Origin: Desulfobacteraceae bacterium | GTDB lineage: Bacteria > Desulfobacterota > Desulfobacteria > Desulfobacterales > JAABSP01 | Direction: 5' to 3' | Assembly: GCA_011390345.1 (NCBI GenBank) | Contig: JAABSP010000005.1 | Span: 36,004 to 100,003 of the forward strand | DNA: 64,000 bases | The notes under the pieces: model-generated | Database searches by the model: none | Seen by the model: the letters and a program-made list of their open reading frames with translations, nothing else | What the model was told of the DNA's origin: nothing | Shown: piece by piece, positions 47,526 through 57,494 of the stretch | How the letters are laid out: each line of letters opens with the position of its first letter | Numbering within the stretch: position 1 is the first letter of the stretch | Program-made: the position numbers and the translations under genes

Positions 47526-49217
47526 ATGAAATCTACAATCCATCGAACAACAGTGGCCATTCTCTGCGCACTTCTCTTTTCACTTGCATTTGCCGCAACG
47601 ATTGGGGCACAGCCTTCGACACCGGGCGATCGGTCCCAAAAGGCGATCCAGACCCTCAAGGAGATCAACCAGTCCATCGCGCTGCTGCAGAGCGAGCTGA
47701 AGCAGAAGGAGGCCGAGTACCGCAGAGCCGAAACCGATGACCGGAAGGAAAAACTTGCAAAAGAGATCCGGGAGATCAACGCACGGCTCGATGCCAACCT
47801 CCGGGAGTTCGAATCGATTGCATCTGGCATGGATGTAGCCGATTTCTCCGGGGAAACGGATCGGATCTTCAACTTCAAGGAGGAGATCCAGGAGATCATC
47901 CGCCCCCTGGTCGAAGAGCTGAAGAACGTCACCCGCCGGCCCCGGGAGATCGAACGGCTCCGGAAGGAGATCGACTTTTACGAGAAAAGCCTTCCGGCAG
48001 TTCAGGCGGCCATTGCCAATATCCAAAGCGTAAGGGAGGCGGCCGATGAGACGGCCGGTGAGAGGGCGCTGACCGCACATCTGGCTGAGATCGAAGAGGA
48101 GTGGCAGAACAGAGAAAAGGAGATCATAAGGCAGATCTCCCGGCTGCAGTACCAGCTCGACCAGAAGATGGAGAGCCGGCAGTCGCTATTTCGAGCCCTG
48201 CAGAGCGGCGCAAGGGAATTCTTCCAGACCCGGGGGCTGAACCTGCTGCTGGCCCTTGTCACCTTCTTTGCCATCTTTCTGCTGCTCCGGTTCCTCTACT
48301 GGCGGGTCTACCGGATCAGCTACAGAAAACGGCCCGAAACCCGCTCCCTCTATAACCGCCTCTTCCAGACCGCGTATCAGTTCTTCACCTTTATGGTGGC
48401 CATCGGCGCTGCCCTTTTTCTGCTCTATGCCTTTGGCGACTGGATGCTGTTGAGCATCGCTCTGATCCTGCTGGTGGGCGTTGCCTGGACCGCAAGACAC
48501 GCCTTTTCCATCTTCTGGGAGCAGTCCAAACTCCTGCTCAACATCGGCACGGTGCGGGAGAAGGAGCGGATCATCTACAACGGGATTCCGTGGCAGGTGG
48601 ATGCGCTCAACATCCAGACCAACCTGATCAACCCGGAGCTGAAAGGGGGGCTGATCCGCCTTCCCCTCAAGAGCCTCATCGGGCTGCAGTCCAGGCCCTG
48701 TGCCCCCGAAGAACTCTGGTTCCCCACCCGGGAGGGGGATTATGTGCTGCTGGGGGACGGAACCTACGGCAGGGTGCTGATGCAGACTCCGGAGATGGTG
48801 ACCATGGATGTGGTGGGGGGCTGCCGCAAGACCTACCCCACGACTTCGTTTATGGATCAAAACCCGGTCAACCTCTCCATCAACAATTTCGGGGTCTCCA
48901 CTGTTTTCGGCATCGACTACGCGCATCAGGCCGAGATCACCGATGCGGTTCCGGAAAAGCTGAAGGCCGTCATCGAAGAGGGCTTGGCGGAAGAGGCATA
49001 CGGAGAACACCTGGTGAGCCTGCTGGTGCAGTTCAAGGAGGCCGGAGCCTCTTCGCTGGATATCCTGATCTTTGCCGGTTTTGCCGGAGAGGCGGCAGCC
49101 AACTATTACCCGATCGCCAGAGCCCTCCAGCGGCTGACGGTGGAAGCCTGCAACCAGTACGGATGGGGAATTCCCTTTCCGCAGATTACGGTGCATGGGG
49201 TAGATGGGACAAACTGA
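47526..49217 (+). CDS. MscS-family mechanosensitive channel with a signal peptide and a long N-terminal coiled-coil
   Basis: 563 aa. Signal AILCALLFSLAFAATIGA and coiled-coil LQSELKQKEAEYRRAETDDRKEKLAKEIREINARL. The MscS beta-domain pattern is GDYVLLGDGTYGRVLMQTPEMVTMD...NPVNLS. Confidence 0.8.
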   Translation: MKSTIHRTTVAILCALLFSLAFAATIGAQPSTPGDRSQKAIQTLKEINQSIALLQSELKQKEAEYRRAETDDRKEKLAKEIREINARLDANLREFESIASGMDVADFSGETDRIFNFKEEIQEIIRPLVEELKNVTRRPREIERLRKEIDFYEKSLPAVQAAIANIQSVREAADETAGERALTAHLAEIEEEWQNREKEIIRQISRLQYQLDQKMESRQSLFRALQSGAREFFQTRGLNLLLALVTFFAIFLLLRFLYWRVYRISYRKRPETRSLYNRLFQTAYQFFTFMVAIGAALFLLYAFGDWMLLSIALILLVGVAWTARHAFSIFWEQSKLLLNIGTVREKERIIYNGIPWQVDALNIQTNLINPELKGGLIRLPLKSLIGLQSRPCAPEELWFPTREGDYVLLGDGTYGRVLMQTPEMVTMDVVGGCRKTYPTTSFMDQNPVNLSINNFGVSTVFGIDYAHQAEITDAVPEKLKAVIEEGLAEEAYGEHLVSLLVQFKEAGASSLDILIFAGFAGEAAANYYPIARALQRLTVEACNQYGWGIPFPQITVHGVDGTN

Positions 49218-49285
49218 AGGGTTGCCCTGAGAGGTGGGTGGAGCAATTGACGCGACTGGTCAGGGCATAAAGGGAATCAGAACCT

Positions 49286-49552
49286 TTAAGATCTTTTGTA
49301 GCCATCCTGCCGATGCCGAATATGAGAGACCATAATCATTTTTTCTTGAAAATCAATTTCGTAAAGGATTCTATAACTTCCGACTCTTAAGCGGTAACTG
49401 GATTCTGATCCTTTCAGTTTTTTGCACTGCGGCGGAAAAGGATTTTCAGATAATGCTCTAATGGCATCAAAAACAGGTCTGATGTATCTCTTATCAATTT
49501 TTCGGATGTCTTTGTCAGCAGATTTCAGGATTTCGAGCTTAAAGGAGGCCAT
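49286..49552 (-). CDS. RelE/ParE-family type II toxin
   Basis: 88 aa: ...LSENPFPPQCKKLKGSESSYRLRVGSYRILYEIDFQEKMIMVSHIRHRQDGY. Confidence 0.85.
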   Translation of the reverse strand: MASFKLEILKSADKDIRKIDKRYIRPVFDAIRALSENPFPPQCKKLKGSESSYRLRVGSYRILYEIDFQEKMIMVSHIRHRQDGYKRS

Positions 49553-49736
49553 CCTTTTTCAATCCCTCCTCAAAAGCCTCGAGGCTCATCCTTTCATCGT
49601 CTCTTCTTTCCGCCATTATGGCAAGATCATGCAGGTCTTCAACCAATTCTTCATATTCTTCTATTCGTAAAACGACAAAAGCTTTATTCCCGGCGCTGTC
49701 AAACAGATACTGAGGATCTGGCAGTTTATCGATCAT
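49539..49736 (-). CDS. type II antitoxin (Phd/RelB-like)
   Basis: It overlaps the toxin gene by 14 nt. AFVVLRIEEYEELVEDLHDLAIMAERRDD. The second ATG (49736) is preferred because AGGAG lies 6 nt upstream of it. Confidence 0.7.
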   Translation of the reverse strand: MIDKLPDPQYLFDSAGNKAFVVLRIEEYEELVEDLHDLAIMAERRDDERMSLEAFEEGLKKDGLL

Positions 49737-49776
49737 TTTCATCTCCTGTCATTTTCCCACGACCCAATCGTTTTCG

Positions 49777-49819
49777 ATATCAATAGTATTGATATGTCCC
49801 AACAGGGCGAAAAAGTCAA
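49777..49819 (-). promoter_or_regulatory. toxin-antitoxin promoter/operator: a 19-bp perfect palindrome with a TTGACT -35 box
   Basis: ATATCAATAgTATTGATAT (49777-49795) is a perfect inverted repeat. TTGACT (minus strand, 49814-49819) lies 17 nt upstream of the CATATC/ATATCA region that forms one palindrome arm. Confidence 0.45.
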
Positions 49820-50081
49820 GAATCTTTCAGTACATGCGATCAGATCTTGATCAATGGATCTAAAAATGGTATGAATTAAAGGTTCAAAGGCAAAATTTGG
49901 TTCCTCGCTATTTTGAGTGGGTAAACTAATTTTAAAGATGTTCACCACAACCAACTGTAACCGTTATAAATGCCTTGCTTTAGAGCTTTTTGGCCATGAT
50001 GAGGATTCTCGGGAAAGGGATCTATAAAACCCATTACCCATACAAAAGGGCGAAGAACCGCAAATTTCTTAGGCAGGAGTT

Positions 50082-53048
50082 ATGATGACCTTTTTCAAAT
50101 CTCATCCCCCAAAACTCAAGCACCTTTTTCTGCTGCTCATGACCTTTTCCTTTCTGATATCCGGGTTCTTTGTGATCTTTCTGGTCAACCACCACATGCG
50201 GAAACAGGCCATCTCCGAAGCCCGGAACAAAGCCCTGGCGCTTTTAGATCAGAACCTGGCCATTCACACCTACTTCTCCCATGACCTGAAGCCGAAGCTC
50301 TTCTCCTGGACAGAGCCCTTCCGCACCGAAGAGTACTTCGACCCCACATGGATGTCCTCCACATATGCGGTCCGCAAAATCCATGATTATTTCGAGGAAC
50401 TCAATCAGGAGGGGCTCTATTACAAAGAGGCGGCCGTCAACGCGCGAAGTCCCATAAGCGAAGCCGATGCCCAAGAGCTGGCATTTCTGGAACGGCTCAA
50501 GGAAAACCAGGAATTGACCGATGAAGCGATGATCCGCGACTTTGATGGCCAACCCTGGTATGTTGTGCTGCGCCGGGGAGAATCGATGGACAGTTCATGT
50601 CTCAGATGCCACGGTGATCCTGAAAATGCCCCAAAAGATCTGGTAAAGCGGTACGGAGATAAAAGAAGTTTTGGCCGGACTTTAGATGATCCCTCAGTTC
50701 AGGCCATCTCTATCCGGATTCCCCTTGCCGATGCCTATACCAACGCGAACAAGTTTTCCTTCAATCTGTCGGTGTACCTGCTGCTGATTCTGGGATTGCT
50801 CAATCTGGTCTATTTCCTCATGGCCAGATACCTCTTCTTTGCTCCGCTGACAACGATTCAGAATACAGCGGCGGCCATCGCAGACAAAAAAATGGCTCCG
50901 GGCACACAGATTCCCAAACCTGTTCTGCAGGAATGGCAGATCCTTACCGCTGCCTTCAACCGTATGTCTGCAACAGTCGGGGATATCATCAACCATCTCA
51001 ATCAACGGGTGGCGGAGAAGACCGCTGAACTGCAAGGCGCAAATCAGCAGTTGCAGCAAAAGATTCTGGAAAAGGAGAAGGCCGAAGAGAAGTTCCGGAG
51101 GTTCTTCGAGGCCAACCCCAACTACTGCTACATCGTCTCGAACCAGGGAAGCATTCTCGAGGCCAACGCGGCCGCCTTGAATGTGCTGGGATATGAACGG
51201 GAGGAACTGATGGGCCAGCCCGTCGAGATGATCTATGCGCCCGAATCCCAGAAGCGGCGGATGGAGATTATAGAGGAATGGAAGGGGAACGGACAGGTCA
51301 AGGGAGAGGAACTGATCCTGATGTCCCGGTCAGGAGAGCGGCGCACCGTGCTTCTCAGCGCCAGCCACACCCGGGACGCAGAGGGCGGGGTCTTCAATTC
51401 CATTTCCATTCAGACCGACATCACAGAGCGCAAACGCATGGAGGCAGCCCTGCGGGAGAGCCAGGCCATTCTGGGCGCAGCGCTGGATCAAAGCCAGGCC
51501 GGCATCGTCATCGCGGATGCGCCCGAGGGGAATATTCGGTATGTCAACCGAGCCGGGCTGATGACCCATGGCGTTGAAATCGCAGAGGATGAAGCCTTCG
51601 ACAGATTCCACAAGAGGGATATTGAATTTTACAACAGGAGCTGGAAAGCCCTCTATCCCAATGGAAAATCCTGTACCAAAGATGATCTCCCGCTTGTCAG
51701 AGCCTACAAATATAAAGAGACCTGCAGCAGAGAGATGATCATTCAAAGAGTGGACGGCAAAGAGCGGATCGTTGTGGCCAATGCAGGGCCCATTTTCGAT
51801 GAAAAAGGGGAGGTGACCGCGGGTATCGTGGTCTTTCTCGACATCACCGAACAGCGAAAGGCCGAGGAGGAGATCGCAAAGATCGAGGCCCAACTGCGCC
51901 AGGCACAGAAGATGGAGACCGTAGGCCAACTGGCCGGGGGCGTGGCCCACGATTTCAACAACCTGCTCTATGTGATCTCCGGATATGCGGAAATCGCGGA
52001 GATGCAGGCCAAAGGAGACGATCGGCTGGCCGACAACATCCGAAACATCATCTCTGCAGCCGAACAGGCCGCCACCCTGGTGCGCCAGCTCCTCCTCTTC
52101 AGCCGGAAAGAGTCGATGCAGGCCAAAGTGCTCGACATCAACGAACTGATCGGCGGACTGTTGAAAATGCTGCGCCGGGTGATCGGCGAGCATATCCATC
52201 TGGAGTACCATCCCGGTTATGACCTGAAACAGATCCTCGGAGACCCGGCCCAGTTCGAACAGGTGCTGATCAACCTCTGCGTCAATGCCAGAGACGCGAT
52301 GCCCGAAGGGGGAAAAATCGTCATCGAGACCGAAAACTTCACCGTGGATGAGGGGTTCTGCCATCACCATCCCTTGTCCAGCCCCGGAGAATATGTCTGC
52401 CTCGTCGTCTCCGACACCGGAACCGGGATGACACTCGAGATCCAGGAGAAAGTCTTCGAACCCTTCTTCACCACCAAGGAGGTGGGCAAAGGAACCGGTT
52501 TGGGTCTCTCTGCGGCCTACGGCATCGTCAAGGCACACAACGGCATGATCCATATCTACAGCGAGCCGGAGCAGGGAAGCGTCTTCCGGATCTATCTGCC
52601 GGCATTGGCCGGTGCAGAGGGTGAGGATGAGGCCCCGAAGCCAAATGCCCCGGATTCGGCTGATTTTTCCGGAGAGGAGACGATCCTTGTGGCAGAAGAT
52701 GAGGAGAAGGTGCGCAAACTTTCAGAGCTGATTCTCTCAAGGGCCGGCTACCGTATCTTGACCGCTTCGGACGGCGAAGCCGCGATGGAGATCATCCAAG
52801 AGAGCGGCGATGAAATCGATCTCGTTCTGGTGGATGTCATCATGCCAAAGGCCGGAGGGCATCTGGTTCATGCAAAGATCAAATTCCTCTATCCCGACAT
52901 GCCGGTGATCTTCATGACCGGTTACAGCCGGGGGCTGCTGCCGAAGATATTCTCGGACCAGCCCCATGAGATCCTTCAAAAACCCTTTAACCGAGCCCAA
53001 CTGCTGCAAAAAGTGCGGGAGGCTCTGGGGCAGAAAAATAGGAGATAA
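50082..53048 (+). CDS. hybrid sensor histidine kinase with a DUF3365-like haem-c (CxxCH) sensor, HAMP, two PAS domains, HisKA, HATPase and REC
   Basis: 988 aa. CLRCH at 50598-50612 sits in an extracytoplasmic domain between two TM segments. H-box [23 protein letters not shown], receiver [10 protein letters not shown]...[11 protein letters not shown]. Confidence 0.85.
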   Translation: MMTFFKSHPPKLKHLFLLLMTFSFLISGFFVIFLVNHHMRKQAISEARNKALALLDQNLAIHTYFSHDLKPKLFSWTEPFRTEEYFDPTWMSSTYAVRKIHDYFEELNQEGLYYKEAAVNARSPISEADAQELAFLERLKENQELTDEAMIRDFDGQPWYVVLRRGESMDSSCLRCHGDPENAPKDLVKRYGDKRSFGRTLDDPSVQAISIRIPLADAYTNANKFSFNLSVYLLLILGLLNLVYFLMARYLFFAPLTTIQNTAAAIADKKMAPGTQIPKPVLQEWQILTAAFNRMSATVGDIINHLNQRVAEKTAELQGANQQLQQKILEKEKAEEKFRRFFEANPNYCYIVSNQGSILEANAAALNVLGYEREELMGQPVEMIYAPESQKRRMEIIEEWKGNGQVKGEELILMSRSGERRTVLLSASHTRDAEGGVFNSISIQTDITERKRMEAALRESQAILGAALDQSQAGIVIADAPEGNIRYVNRAGLMTHGVEIAEDEAFDRFHKRDIEFYNRSWKALYPNGKSCTKDDLPLVRAYKYKETCSREMIIQRVDGKERIVVANAGPIFDEKGEVTAGIVVFLDITEQRKAEEEIAKIEAQLRQAQKMETVGQLAGGVAHDFNNLLYVISGYAEIAEMQAKGDDRLADNIRNIISAAEQAATLVRQLLLFSRKESMQAKVLDINELIGGLLKMLRRVIGEHIHLEYHPGYDLKQILGDPAQFEQVLINLCVNARDAMPEGGKIVIETENFTVDEGFCHHHPLSSPGEYVCLVVSDTGTGMTLEIQEKVFEPFFTTKEVGKGTGLGLSAAYGIVKAHNGMIHIYSEPEQGSVFRIYLPALAGAEGEDEAPKPNAPDSADFSGEETILVAEDEEKVRKLSELILSRAGYRILTASDGEAAMEIIQESGDEIDLVLVDVIMPKAGGHLVHAKIKFLYPDMPVIFMTGYSRGLLPKIFSDQPHEILQKPFNRAQLLQKVREALGQKNRR

Positions 53049-53187
53049 AGGGGCTTTTGCCAGATTATCCGTTGACAGATTCGAAAGCGGATGATGGAGG
53101 CCGGGGCTTCGGCCTATCTCTATCCGGAAACGCCTCATAGCCCCCCCGGCTTCTCTATGGCCATTCCCGGCGTATCCAGCACGATTT

Positions 53188-55911
53188 TCATGACTGCCTT
53201 GCCGATCCGGCAAAGCCCGTTGATTGCGACGCGTTTTGCCAATGTCTCTTTCCCTTCCTGGAGGGTCTCGGCCGTCCTTTCCAAAGGCTGAAATCGAGTT
53301 CATCTGCAGCAGACGGTTCACAGATAAAATTTCCCTGTACTTCATGACACCTGTTTTTTTTGAGGAAGATGAACTGATCCTTCTGCTCCACACATTCAGC
53401 GATCGTCTTGATCTTCAAATTCCGGCTGAGATCGATGATCGATTTTACAATGGCGCTGTCATCATTATTGTAAATGTTGTGGATCAAAGAGCAGTCGATC
53501 TTGATGAAATCGAGCGGCACCTTTTTCAGAAGGTTCAGGGGAAGCGCGCCGGTTCCATAATCGTCCAGCGCGATCTTTACCCCAAGGGCCTTGATCTTTC
53601 CGAGAACCGACGCTGCAGCATCAGGATTATTCACCAGCACATCTTCTGTAATATCCAGGATCAGTTTTTCCCCGTCAAAACCTGTATCCCTGAGCACCTC
53701 CCGTACTATATCTACAATATTTTCGCTGATTAACTGTTTTGAAGATAGATTGACCGAGACATAGAGATCCTCATATCCATGCCGCTGCCAGCGGAGGGTC
53801 TGAATGCAGGCTTTATATAGAACCCAGCGGCTGATCTTTGAGATCAGATCCAGCTTCTCCGTCAGCGAGATGAACTGTCCTGGCAGAATGAGATTTCCCG
53901 GCGACTTCTCCCATCGGATAAAGGCTTCATTTCCGACAATGCGGCCGCTGTGGATATCAATGATGGGCTGGTAGTGAAGATAAAACTGCTCTTTTTCCAA
54001 AGCCCCGCGAAGACTCTCCTCGATTTTCAGCTTATTCTCAAAAACCTCTCCCAACTTATCCGTGTAGAGTTCATATGTGTTTTTTCCGCTATCCTTGGCC
54101 CGATACATGGCGATATCGGCATATCTTTTCAGATCAGCAGAATTGTCTGTATCTGTAGGATAGATCGCGATACCGATGCTGGTGCTGGTTTGAACCGTAT
54201 TCCCTTCCAATTGGATCGATTCCCCAATAGATTGGATGATGCGCCTGGCCACATCGATGGCATCCTGCCATCCGTTTTGGATCTCCGGAAGGATCAGGGC
54301 AAACTCATCGCCGCCGATTCTGGCAATGGTATCCTCATCCCTGCAGGATGATTTCAGCCGATCCGCTACCTCTTTCAGCAACTGATCTCCGATATGGTGC
54401 CCCATTGTATCATTGATCGATTTAAAATTGTCCAGATCCAGAAAAAGCAGAGATAATTTTTCATCTTTCCGCTTGGCATGGGAAATAGCTTTTTCCAGCC
54501 GGTCATCAAAGAGATTTCGATTGTATAGACCCGTAAGATCGTCATGGTACGCTTGATCTTTTAAATCCGCCTCGATCCTTTTGGCATCCGATATATCATG
54601 AAAAATCTCGACAAAATGGGTGGCTTCGCCATTTTTATCGGAGATGGCGGTGATGGAGGTTCTTTGGGGATAAGATTCGCCGTTTTTGCGTCGGTTCCAG
54701 ACCTCACCGATCCATACTCCTTCATAGTTTACCGTATCCCAGATACTCTCGAAGAAAGATGCCTCATGCTTTCCGGATTTTAGCAGTTCGGGGGTATGGC
54801 CGATCACCTCTTCAGGCAGATAGCCGGTGATCTTCGTAAAGGCCGGATTAACCTGCTGAATAATTCCTTTTTTATCAGTGATGATGATTCCTTCAGCGAC
54901 ATTTTCATAGACGTTGGCGCAGAGTTTCAGCTCTTCCTCGTAGCCGACTTGCTCGGTTATATCCCTGCCATACATAAACAGCGAACTATCATCCGAAAAC
55001 GAAGAGACTTGGAAAGCATATACTTTCTTTCCGATTTTCAGCTTTGCTTCGGGAGTGAATCCGCAAAGAAAATAATCGATCAGTTTTTGATACCAGTACA
55101 GGGGCAGCATATCTCCTACTTGAGTACCCCACTGGCGAAGTAAATCAGAGGCCGCGGGATTGGAATAGAGAAGCCTTCCATCCAGCGTGGACTGCAGCAT
55201 CGGATTTGGATTCTCTTTTGGAAAATTTGTCAGATTTTGGATTTTTGCTTCCGATTTTTTTCCACATGTAATGTCCACAGCCATGATCGCGCCCAGTCTT
55301 CTTTCATCGGGGAGTTTTCCCAAAGAGAGCGCGGATAATTCCCAGTAACGAATCCTTTTTGATGCAGTACGAACCTGTAAAACCCCTTCTTTAAGGCATT
55401 CATCCGCGTCCAGTATGGCGTCGATATGATTTTCAACATCCTCGGGGCTTTCTGAAAATGCTCTTGCGGCCCATTCATGATAGGTGGGGATACCATCGAG
55501 ATCGTATCCGGACAACTCTGTCCACATTTTGTTGATCGTCTGGATCTCTCCATCCTCTGCAAATACCATTATCGGAAATGGCGCATTTTCAATAATCTGA
55601 TCAAGCTGCCAGTTTCTTTCCCAAAGGGATTTTTGGGTCATTATATCCGCAGCTTCATCTTTGATGGAAAGCTTTCCTGGCGCTTTTCTTTCCCTTGTAT
55701 TCACTCTTCCATAAAACAACAGCGAGAATAGAACAGCATAACAAAAAATTGCGAAAATCGAAAATAGATATATGTCATTTTGGAGAATGTCAGAGATGAA
55801 CAGGTTAAAGAATCCTCCAATTTGAAAATGACTGGATACGAAAAAGAAAAGAATAAAGCAGAAACCAGCCTTTATCAGAATATTCTTTTTGTAATTTATA
55901 TATTTTATCAT
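53188..55911 (-). CDS. membrane-anchored PAS(x3)-GGDEF-EAL c-di-GMP turnover protein
   Basis: 907 aa. RDEDTIARIGGDEFALILP (RxxD plus GGDEF). The EAL domain starts GNEAFIRW and also has DDYGTG and IKIDCSLI. Codon usage is visibly AT-rich. Confidence 0.85.
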   Translation of the reverse strand: MIKYINYKKNILIKAGFCFILFFFVSSHFQIGGFFNLFISDILQNDIYLFSIFAIFCYAVLFSLLFYGRVNTRERKAPGKLSIKDEAADIMTQKSLWERNWQLDQIIENAPFPIMVFAEDGEIQTINKMWTELSGYDLDGIPTYHEWAARAFSESPEDVENHIDAILDADECLKEGVLQVRTASKRIRYWELSALSLGKLPDERRLGAIMAVDITCGKKSEAKIQNLTNFPKENPNPMLQSTLDGRLLYSNPAASDLLRQWGTQVGDMLPLYWYQKLIDYFLCGFTPEAKLKIGKKVYAFQVSSFSDDSSLFMYGRDITEQVGYEEELKLCANVYENVAEGIIITDKKGIIQQVNPAFTKITGYLPEEVIGHTPELLKSGKHEASFFESIWDTVNYEGVWIGEVWNRRKNGESYPQRTSITAISDKNGEATHFVEIFHDISDAKRIEADLKDQAYHDDLTGLYNRNLFDDRLEKAISHAKRKDEKLSLLFLDLDNFKSINDTMGHHIGDQLLKEVADRLKSSCRDEDTIARIGGDEFALILPEIQNGWQDAIDVARRIIQSIGESIQLEGNTVQTSTSIGIAIYPTDTDNSADLKRYADIAMYRAKDSGKNTYELYTDKLGEVFENKLKIEESLRGALEKEQFYLHYQPIIDIHSGRIVGNEAFIRWEKSPGNLILPGQFISLTEKLDLISKISRWVLYKACIQTLRWQRHGYEDLYVSVNLSSKQLISENIVDIVREVLRDTGFDGEKLILDITEDVLVNNPDAAASVLGKIKALGVKIALDDYGTGALPLNLLKKVPLDFIKIDCSLIHNIYNNDDSAIVKSIIDLSRNLKIKTIAECVEQKDQFIFLKKNRCHEVQGNFICEPSAADELDFSLWKGRPRPSRKGKRHWQNASQSTGFAGSARQS

Positions 55912-56280
55912 TTTTAATACCTCATGTTTGTATGGCCTGTAAAAGCATCTTACAAAAACCTACCCCGAATATTATAAAAAACATAATATATCTTCTAAAA
56001 GAAAAAGAACATCGGGTAAAATACCCATATTGATAAATGGAATGTACATTTTTATTTTAACCATATTCCCGACAGTATATAATTTACGAATAGGATCTAT
56101 CATTAAAACTTATATTTATAAAATATTTATCATTGCTGATTATAATTCTGCCTATTGCATCCTATCCTGCTCGTGAAGTAGGGTGACACCCCATAGTATC
56201 TGACAACTGGTAAGATTACTTTATAAGTCACTGCCCGGGAAAAAGAACCGGACGGTAAAAAGGAAAAGGAGATAACGCTA

Positions 56281-56520
56281 ATGAAGAAACCTCAGATTAA
56301 AATTTATATAAAGCTTTTCATTCTGGCAATCGGATTCAGTCTTACAATTGTAAAGACCTCGCTTGCTCAGAGTATTCTTTCAGATTTTGGATGGAAGCTT
56401 TCCAGTGGGATGTTGGATTCTTCAGAACCTGTCGCAATGCTTATTGTGGGATTCTCACTATTATTTGCGGCATCCATTGGAAGAGATATGTATTTCAATC
56501 CAAAATCTGAAAGAAAATAG
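56281..56520 (+). CDS. 79-aa secreted mini-protein with a PEP-CTERM-like tail
   Basis: Follows AAGGAGA. Signal MKKPQIKIYIKLFILAIGFSLTIVKTSLAQS. The tail is SSEPVAMLIVGFSLLFAASIGRD (EP, hydrophobic helix, Arg). Confidence 0.45.
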   Translation: MKKPQIKIYIKLFILAIGFSLTIVKTSLAQSILSDFGWKLSSGMLDSSEPVAMLIVGFSLLFAASIGRDMYFNPKSERK

Positions 56521-56658
56521 GAAGAGCGGAAGAATTTTGGCAATAGCTTAATATTCGGCAGTAAGGAGGTGATTTTATGAATGTGAAATAAATAGAATCA
56601 GTCTATGGAAAAGAAAGCAAAATCGGAATTAACGTAAAGAATAAGAAAAGGCATAAAA

Positions 56659-57384
56659 ATGAAAAAAATTATTACAATATCGGTTATAGGTCTATTGTCC
56701 GTCTTTTTAATCTACGGAAATGCATTGGCAATCCATAACTTCGATTTCGGCGGTGTCATAAATTTTGCGAATAATGGAGGTGGCGACGAATTCGCTGAAA
56801 CATTGGTATTCGAAAGAGGCTTTATACCGACTTTCAATACGGCAGACGATGCCCTCTTCAATGATACAGGAGGAGCGCTCCCACCATATGGTGATCGCGA
56901 TAATGAAGAATATATCGAATTTTCAGATCTGATTCTTGATCCAAGCGATTACGTATCCGGGGAGTACTACTCCTTTTTAGATGATGGATACCAGCTTGAA
57001 CTTTTCGACCACACAGGTGATCGCATCTTTTATGGAGATCTTTTTGTAGACAAATTAATAATTTTTGGGCAAATCGGCCATATCAATCCCTATTTCAATG
57101 CAAATCTGACAAATATTGTTGCCGATGACAGTTACATAATGGGCTCCTCGACGATTGCAGATGGCTTTATCAATAGGACCGAGGGATCTATTCAGTTCAG
57201 CACACAATTCGGCAATGCTGTAGTCATAGATGCAATTGAAAATGGAATAAAGCCGGAAAACACTCTTACCTATTCCGGTACTGCCGCTGCTGCTGCCGCA
57301 CCGGTTCCCGAGCCCGCAACCATTATTCTTCTCGGAATGGGTCTGGCCGGACTGGCGCTCTACAGAAGACGCCAGAACTCATAA
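56659..57384 (+). CDS. PEP-CTERM sorting-domain protein
   Basis: Signal MKKIITISVIGLLSVFLIYGNALA. The C-terminus PVPEPATIILLGMGLAGLALYRRRQNS is a textbook PEP-CTERM anchor. Confidence 0.8.
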   Translation: MKKIITISVIGLLSVFLIYGNALAIHNFDFGGVINFANNGGGDEFAETLVFERGFIPTFNTADDALFNDTGGALPPYGDRDNEEYIEFSDLILDPSDYVSGEYYSFLDDGYQLELFDHTGDRIFYGDLFVDKLIIFGQIGHINPYFNANLTNIVADDSYIMGSSTIADGFINRTEGSIQFSTQFGNAVVIDAIENGIKPENTLTYSGTAAAAAAPVPEPATIILLGMGLAGLALYRRRQNS

Positions 57385-57440
57385 GGTAAAAATCATCCAT
57401 ATGGTAGCCGATGCGAAACTGCATCGGTGAATAACAAATG

Positions 57441-57482
57441 AAGCGGGATTCCCCCAAAGTGGGTCTCCCGCTTCACTTTTTT
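57441..57482. terminator. intrinsic terminator hairpin between convergent genes (PEP-CTERM gene and mvhA)
   Basis: The 8-bp stem aagcggga (57441-48) / tcccgctt (57466-73) is followed by cacTTTTTT on the plus strand and preceded by an A/T-rich stretch. On the minus strand the stem is followed by cattTgTTaT. Confidence 0.6.
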
Positions 57483-57494
57483 AGAGCAACCTAC

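Noticed and set aside
56100-56160. TATAAT-like boxes in the very AT-rich 55912-56280 intergenic region, considered as promoters.
   Set aside because: Many equivalent matches occur by chance in such AT-rich DNA, and no convincing -35 partner exists at the right spacing.
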